This document shows positions 58,626 to 64,000 of a DNA stretch of 64,000 bases, one piece after another. The notes below the pieces were generated by a model. That model worked only from the letters and a program-made list of their open reading frames with translations. It made no database searches and was not told the origin of the DNA. The position numbers and the translations under genes are program-made. Positions within the stretch are counted from its first letter, which is position 1. Every line of letters begins with the position of its first letter. Source of the stretch: Alphaproteobacteria bacterium (GTDB lineage: Bacteria > Pseudomonadota > Alphaproteobacteria > UBA828); contig CBDCQT010000012.1 in NCBI GenBank assembly GCA_965220745.1, positions 448,001 to 512,000 of the forward strand. Reading direction: 5' to 3'.

Positions 58626-60449
58626 ATGGCCAAGGCAGTGCATTTCGTTGACGTGGCGCAGGAGGAAACGGTCGATCCGGTCACGCTCGAGGTCGTCCGC
58701 GCCGGCCTGCACTCGATCATCAGCGAGATGTCGATCACGCTGAACCGGACCTCCTATTCGACGATCCTGCGCGAGATCAACGACTACAGCTGCGTCCTGT
58801 TCGACAGCCGGGGCCGGCTTCTGGCTCAGGCCGAAGGCATCCCGATCTTCAACGGCAGCATGAACTTCGTGGTCGATGCGGTGATCGAGAAGTTCCCGCT
58901 CACCGAGATGGAGGAGGGAGACATCTTCCTCTCCAACGATCCCTACACCGCCGGCGGCACGCACAAGAACGACATCAACGTCGTCATGCCGATCTTCTGG
59001 CAGGGCGAGCTGGTGATGCTGGCGGCGAACAAGGCGCACCACCTGGACATCGGCGGCAAGGACCCCGGCAGCTGGTCGGCGGATGCCCGCAACACCTATC
59101 AGGAGGGCCTCTGCCTGCCCGCGCTCAGGCTCGCGCGGCGCGGCGTGATGAATGAGGAGCTGGTCGAGGTCCTGATGGCCAACCTGCGCACGCCGACGCT
59201 CTCCCGCGGCGACTTCTCGGCCCAGATCGCAGCGCTGAAGACCGCGGAACTGCGCACCCACGAGTGGCTGGAGAAGAATGGGGCCGATGCGCTGACCCGG
59301 ACGGCGGACGCGCTGCTGGACCACGGCGAGCGTGTCGTCCGTGCGGCCATCGAGCGAATTCCCGACGGCGTCTACAAGGCATCGGGCTTCGCCGATGGGG
59401 ACGGCGTCTCCGACGAGCCCATTCCCATCGCGGTCACCGTCACGGTCGACGGCAGCGACATCTACATCGACTTCGCTGGCAGCGGCGCCCAGAGAGAAGG
59501 CTCGGCGGGGAACGCCCATTGGGTCGTGACGGTGTCCATGACACGCCAAGCGATGATGTTCTTCACCGACACCGCACTCGGCGGCAACGAGGGATCGTAC
59601 CGGCCGATCCACGTTTCGGCGCCGCCTGGCTGCGTCTTCAACCCGGAATACCCGGCACCTGTAACGACCGGCATGGGCAACATGGGCACGCGGCTGATCG
59701 AGCTGATCTTTCAGGCGCTGGCGGACGTCATCCCTGAGGAGGTCATCGGCGGCACCTTCGGCTGTTTCAGCTGCATGACCCTCGGCGGCAATGACCCCGA
59801 GACCGACGGCGAGTTCGTGCACTTCGAGTGCTATTCCGGCGGCTGGGGCGGGCGCCACCACGCGGACGGCAACAGCGCGACCGTCTCGCTCGGCAGCGGC
59901 GACGCCTACAACATTCCGGTGGAGGTGATGGAGACCACCACGCCGATCCTGCTCTGCGAGAAGTTTGCGCTGCAGGAAGGCTCCGCCGGCGCCGGCAGGC
60001 ATCGCGGCGGCTTCGGCACCGAGATCGACTACCGGATGATGGGCGAGGCCGAGCTCGCCATCGCGCTCGACCGCGAGACCTTCAAGCCCTACGGCCTGTT
60101 CGGCGGGCTTGAGGGGCAGGGCAGCGAGCTCCTGGTCGAGCCCGGCACGCCGTCGGAAGAGCTCTACGTCCGCGCGAGCGGGGTGAAGGTGGCCGAAGGC
60201 GCGCTCGTCCGCCATCGGACGGCAGGCGGGGGCGGCTACGGCCCACCGACCGAGCGCGATCCGGCCCTGGTTGCGGACGATTGCCTGAACGGACTGATCA
60301 CCATTGAGGATGCACGCGACCTTTATGGCGTGGCGATCGATCCCGGCACCTTCGCGCCGAACCTCGACGCCACGGCCGTCCTGCGAAAGGCCCAGCGAGG
60401 ACAGAGCGGGTGCTCGCCCCCGATATCCGAGAGTGAGCGGACGCAGTGA
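58626..60449 (+). CDS. N-methylhydantoinase B / 5-oxoprolinase subunit B family
   Basis: DPVTLEV, SNDPYTAGGTHKND, HHLDIGG, YQEGL, GAGRHRGG, GGGGYG. Confidence 0.93.
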   Translation: MAKAVHFVDVAQEETVDPVTLEVVRAGLHSIISEMSITLNRTSYSTILREINDYSCVLFDSRGRLLAQAEGIPIFNGSMNFVVDAVIEKFPLTEMEEGDIFLSNDPYTAGGTHKNDINVVMPIFWQGELVMLAANKAHHLDIGGKDPGSWSADARNTYQEGLCLPALRLARRGVMNEELVEVLMANLRTPTLSRGDFSAQIAALKTAELRTHEWLEKNGADALTRTADALLDHGERVVRAAIERIPDGVYKASGFADGDGVSDEPIPIAVTVTVDGSDIYIDFAGSGAQREGSAGNAHWVVTVSMTRQAMMFFTDTALGGNEGSYRPIHVSAPPGCVFNPEYPAPVTTGMGNMGTRLIELIFQALADVIPEEVIGGTFGCFSCMTLGGNDPETDGEFVHFECYSGGWGGRHHADGNSATVSLGSGDAYNIPVEVMETTTPILLCEKFALQEGSAGAGRHRGGFGTEIDYRMMGEAELAIALDRETFKPYGLFGGLEGQGSELLVEPGTPSEELYVRASGVKVAEGALVRHRTAGGGGYGPPTERDPALVADDCLNGLITIEDARDLYGVAIDPGTFAPNLDATAVLRKAQRGQSGCSPPISESERTQ

Positions 60450-60488
60450 CTTGGCAACGCGAAGAAAGCTGAAAGGGAGGGCTTGATC

Positions 60489-61586
60489 ATGTGGAAATGG
60501 ATTACCGGTGCTGTCGCGGCGGTCGCGATCAGCGCGCTCGCCGCCACCGGGGCACAGGCGGCATTCAAGCTGGAGGGCGAGCCCAAGGTCGCGATGCTCC
60601 AGCTCGCCACCGTCAACGACGGCGGCTGGTCCGAGGCGCTCGAGTACGCGCGGGTCAAGACCGAAGAGGCGTTGGGCATCGAGATCGCCTATACCGAGAA
60701 CGTGCCCGAGGATAACTCGGAGATTCTCAGGACCATCGACCTCTATGTGAACCGGGGCCACAACATCATCATCGGCACCTCGTGGGGCTACGGCGACGCC
60801 TTCCTCGAAGCCGCCACCAAGTACCCCAACGTGGCCTTCGTGAACTGCGCCGGCGAGACCAACAACTCGGTGAACCTGGAGAGCTTCTATGCCCGCAGCT
60901 ATCAGGGCTGGTATCTCGCCGGGATCGTCGCCGGCCATCTGACGCAGTCCAAGAAGGTCGGCACCATCGGCGGTTATCCGCTGGGCGTGGTGAACTGGGA
61001 CCTCAACGCCTTCCTGCGCGGCGCGCAGTCGGTGGATTCCGAAATCGAGATGGTCGGCGTCTTCGTCAACACCTGGTACGACCCGGTGAAGGAGACGCAG
61101 GCGGCAGAGGCCCTGCTGGAGCAGGGCGTCGACGTGCTGGGTTCCAACATGAGCACGCCCGGCCCGCATCTCGCCTTCCAGGAGCAAGGCAAGTGGTCGG
61201 TCGGCTTCCAGGTCGACGTGTCGGACCAGGCGCCGGATGCGGTGGCGACCTCGATGATCTACAAGTGGGAGGCCTATTTCATCCCGACGATCTCTGCGAT
61301 CATCGACGGCACCTGGGAGCCTGCTGAGTGGGGCTGGTGGGAAGGAATCGATACCGGTCTCTTCGACGTCGATCCCATCGCGGACTGGGTACCGGCGGCG
61401 GCGGTGGCGGACGTCGGTGCGGCGCGCGCGGCGATGGTCGCGGGCACGCTCGATCCGTTCCAGGGGCCGCTCCATCGCCAGGACGGCTCGCTGGCAGTGC
61501 CCGAGGGCGAAGTCCTCTCCGACGACAATCTGTGGGGGATGAACTACTTCATCCAGGGCGCCATCGGCACCATGCCCGCGGAGTAA
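60489..61586 (+). CDS. BMP family ABC transporter substrate-binding protein
   Basis: Signal peptide; NDGGWS, GTSWGY, YLAG, TWYDP motifs. Confidence 0.9.
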   Translation: MWKWITGAVAAVAISALAATGAQAAFKLEGEPKVAMLQLATVNDGGWSEALEYARVKTEEALGIEIAYTENVPEDNSEILRTIDLYVNRGHNIIIGTSWGYGDAFLEAATKYPNVAFVNCAGETNNSVNLESFYARSYQGWYLAGIVAGHLTQSKKVGTIGGYPLGVVNWDLNAFLRGAQSVDSEIEMVGVFVNTWYDPVKETQAAEALLEQGVDVLGSNMSTPGPHLAFQEQGKWSVGFQVDVSDQAPDAVATSMIYKWEAYFIPTISAIIDGTWEPAEWGWWEGIDTGLFDVDPIADWVPAAAVADVGAARAAMVAGTLDPFQGPLHRQDGSLAVPEGEVLSDDNLWGMNYFIQGAIGTMPAE

Positions 61587-61632
61587 ACCCACCGGGCCGG
61601 TTACGGCCCGCACATAGCGCCGGCGTGACAGG

Positions 61633-63132
61633 GTGAGTCACGCCCTGGAAATCGCCGGCGCTAGCAAGGCGTTCGACGGCCGCCCGGCGCTCAGGCGGGC
61701 GTCGTTCGCCTGCGACTGGGGCGAGGTCCACGCCCTGCTCGGAGAGAACGGAGCCGGCAAGTCGACGCTGATGAACGTCGCCTGCGGGCTCTATGCCCCG
61801 GACGAGGGGTTGATCGCGGTCGACGGACTGCCGGCCGCGATTACCGCGCCGGCCGACGCCGCCAGGCTCGGCATCGGCATGGTCCACCAGCACTACAAGC
61901 TGGTGAAGCGCTTCACCATTGCCGAGAACATCGTGCTCGCCTGCCGCAGCGCGCTCGGCGTGCGCCGTCCGCGGGACGCGGCCGAGGCGGTGGCGGCCAA
62001 GGCGGCGGAGGTCGGTTTCGACATCGACCCCGATGCCGTCGTCGGCGACCTTTCCATCGCCGAGCAGCAGCGCGTCGAAATCCTCAAGGTGCTGCTGCTG
62101 GGCGCTCGGATTCTCATCCTCGACGAGCCCACGTCGGTGCTGACCGATCAGGAGTCTGTCGCGGCCCTCACCTTCATGCGCCGCCTCGCCGAGGACGGCC
62201 ACGCGGTCGTTCTCATTACCCACAAGCTGCGCGAGGTGATCGGCTATTCGTCGCGGGTGACGGTGATGCGCGGCGGCGAAACGGTGCTCGCCGGCGCCGA
62301 GACGGCGGGCCTGGACGCCGAGACGCTCGCCCGGACCATGGTGGGCGAGGAGGGCGAGACGGCAGAACGCCACGCCCGGCAGCTCGGCGAGGTTCGGCTC
62401 CGGGTCGAGGATCTCAGCGTGCGCGGCGCAGGCGGCATCGGCGTAGACGGTGTCGGCTTCGCCGTGCGCGGCGGGGAGATCTATGGGATCGCCGGCGTCG
62501 GCGGCAACGGGCAGCAGGAGCTCGCCGACGCGCTGACCGGGCTGCGCCCGCCCACCCGTGGCCGCATCGCGATCGATGACGACGAGATCGCGGGCAGGGA
62601 TGTCCCCGCCTTCCGCCGTCGTGGGATGCGCGCCGTGCCCGCCGACCGTTTCCGCACCGGCCTCCTGGCGGAGCTCGCGGTCTACGAGAACCACGGCGTG
62701 ACGGGCGTGCCGGCGGGCGAGTACGGCAACCCGGCACTGGTTCGTCGCGGCGCCATGAAAGCGGCGGCAGCGGGTGCCATCGAGGCCTACAACATCCAGG
62801 GTGCGGCGCCCGCCACGCTCTCCAGGCTGCTTTCCGGCGGCAACGCCCAGAAGCTCCTGCTCGCACGTGAGCTCCGGGGTGAGGCCAGCGTGCTGGTCGC
62901 CCACTCTCCCACCCGCGGCCTCGACGTGAGCGCCTGCCGCACCGTCCACGACCTGCTACAGGGCGCGGCAGACGCAGGCACCGCCTGCGTCCTGATCAGC
63001 GAGGACCTGGAGGAGGTGCTTGCGCTGTCGACCACCATCGCCGTGATCAGCCGGGGCAGGCTGGTCGGCGAGTTCGGCGCAGGCGAGGTGAGCCGCGCCG
63101 AAATCGGCCGCCTGATGCTGGGCCACGCATGA
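61633..63132 (+). CDS. Two-domain ABC ATP-binding protein (nucleoside/sugar type)
   Basis: GENGAGKST, LILDEPT, GVGGNGQ, LSGGNAQK, PTRGLD. Confidence 0.94.
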   Translation: MSHALEIAGASKAFDGRPALRRASFACDWGEVHALLGENGAGKSTLMNVACGLYAPDEGLIAVDGLPAAITAPADAARLGIGMVHQHYKLVKRFTIAENIVLACRSALGVRRPRDAAEAVAAKAAEVGFDIDPDAVVGDLSIAEQQRVEILKVLLLGARILILDEPTSVLTDQESVAALTFMRRLAEDGHAVVLITHKLREVIGYSSRVTVMRGGETVLAGAETAGLDAETLARTMVGEEGETAERHARQLGEVRLRVEDLSVRGAGGIGVDGVGFAVRGGEIYGIAGVGGNGQQELADALTGLRPPTRGRIAIDDDEIAGRDVPAFRRRGMRAVPADRFRTGLLAELAVYENHGVTGVPAGEYGNPALVRRGAMKAAAAGAIEAYNIQGAAPATLSRLLSGGNAQKLLLARELRGEASVLVAHSPTRGLDVSACRTVHDLLQGAADAGTACVLISEDLEEVLALSTTIAVISRGRLVGEFGAGEVSRAEIGRLMLGHA

Positions 63133-64000
63133 TGCTCAGCCTCAGCCCGATCTACCTCGTGCCCCGCCAGCAGGCGCCGCTCTGGATGCGGGCGGCGACG
63201 TTCGTCGGCGGCATCGCGCTCGGCCTGCTCATCGCCTTCGGCATCCTCATCGCCTACGGCGTCTCCGCCGGGCAGATCATCAACGAGTTCATCGTCTACG
63301 TGTTCCTCGACCTGAACGGCCTCGCCCAGGTCGTGACCGCGTCTACGCCGTTGGTGCTCGTCGGCCTCGCGGCGGCGGCGGCGCTCAAGCTCAGGTTCTG
63401 GAACATCGGTGTCGAGGGCCAGATGTGGCTGGGCTGCATCGCCGCGACCGGCGTCGCCCTCTTCGACATCGGCCCCGATTTCTTCCGCCTGCCGCTCATG
63501 TTCATCGCCGCCGCCGTCGCCGGCGCCTGCTGGATCGGCATTCCCGCCTTCCTCAAGCTCCGCTTCCGGGTCAACGAGATCATCACCTCGCTGCTACTGA
63601 CCTACGTCGCCTATCAGCTGGTCCAGCATCTGCTGTTCGGCCCGTGGCATGACCCCGGCAGCGCCTTTCCCAACTCCCGGCACTATGACGAGGGGATCGA
63701 GCGTCTGGCGCGGCTCGGCTGGGGCTCCTCCCACACCGGCATCTGGATCGCTTTGGGTTGCGGTGCCCTGCTCTGGTTCACCATGGCCCGCTCCAGGCTC
63801 GGCTTCTACATGGACGCGATCGGCGCCAATGTGGAGGCGGCGCGGGCGGCGGGCATCCCGGTCGTGCTGACCACCGCATTCGCCGCCGCCATGTCGGGCG
63901 GGCTCGCGGGCATCGCCGGCGCGGGGCTCGCCGCCGGGCAGGAATACCGCATGACGCTCTTCATCGCCGGCGGCTACACCTTCAGCGGCATCGTCATCGC
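63129..64000 (+). CDS. ABC transporter permease (3'-truncated by window edge)
   Basis: ATG overlapping ATPase stop; FWNIGVEGQ, VNEIITSLLL, SGGLAGIAG. Confidence 0.88.
   Translation, partial: MMLSLSPIYLVPRQQAPLWMRAATFVGGIALGLLIAFGILIAYGVSAGQIINEFIVYVFLDLNGLAQVVTASTPLVLVGLAAAAALKLRFWNIGVEGQMWLGCIAATGVALFDIGPDFFRLPLMFIAAAVAGACWIGIPAFLKLRFRVNEIITSLLLTYVAYQLVQHLLFGPWHDPGSAFPNSRHYDEGIERLARLGWGSSHTGIWIALGCGALLWFTMARSRLGFYMDAIGANVEAARAAGIPVVLTTAFAAAMSGGLAGIAGAGLAAGQEYRMTLFIAGGYTFSGIVI

Overview
High-GC alphaproteobacterial chromosome segment (Rhodospirillales-like gene set; host-associated lifestyle is only an inference). A conserved core block (mnmA, rnd, acnA, ccmABC, accA, aroBK, xerD, motA/motB-like pair, rpmE; about 20.2-46.8 kb) sits between two accessory regions. 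The left region (1-20 kb) holds catabolic genes (CoA transferase, enoyl-CoA hydratase, Pot-like ABC transporter, DUF917 plus hydantoinase-A-like plus racemase, a MalT-like LuxR activator, a truncated nucleoside-type ABC transporter), IS630/IS481 remnants and a tandem pair of intact tyrosine integrases. The right region starts with a complete 3160-bp IS1595-family element (perfect 24-bp IRs, 8-bp target duplication CAAAATTA). It carries a metalloprotease/beta-barrel surface lipoprotein behind a strongly structured RNA leader, plus a small wHTH-like gene with a switch-like leader. A creatinase/N-methylhydantoinase/deaminase/BMP-ABC cluster follows. Three dispersed non-coding repeat families were found by eye: a 58-bp inverted promoter duplication, a ~92-bp TGTTGTT-ended MITE-like family, and a GC-rich hairpin repeat that begins at stop codons. 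No tRNA, rRNA or CRISPR array was seen. All family calls come from motif recognition, not database searches.
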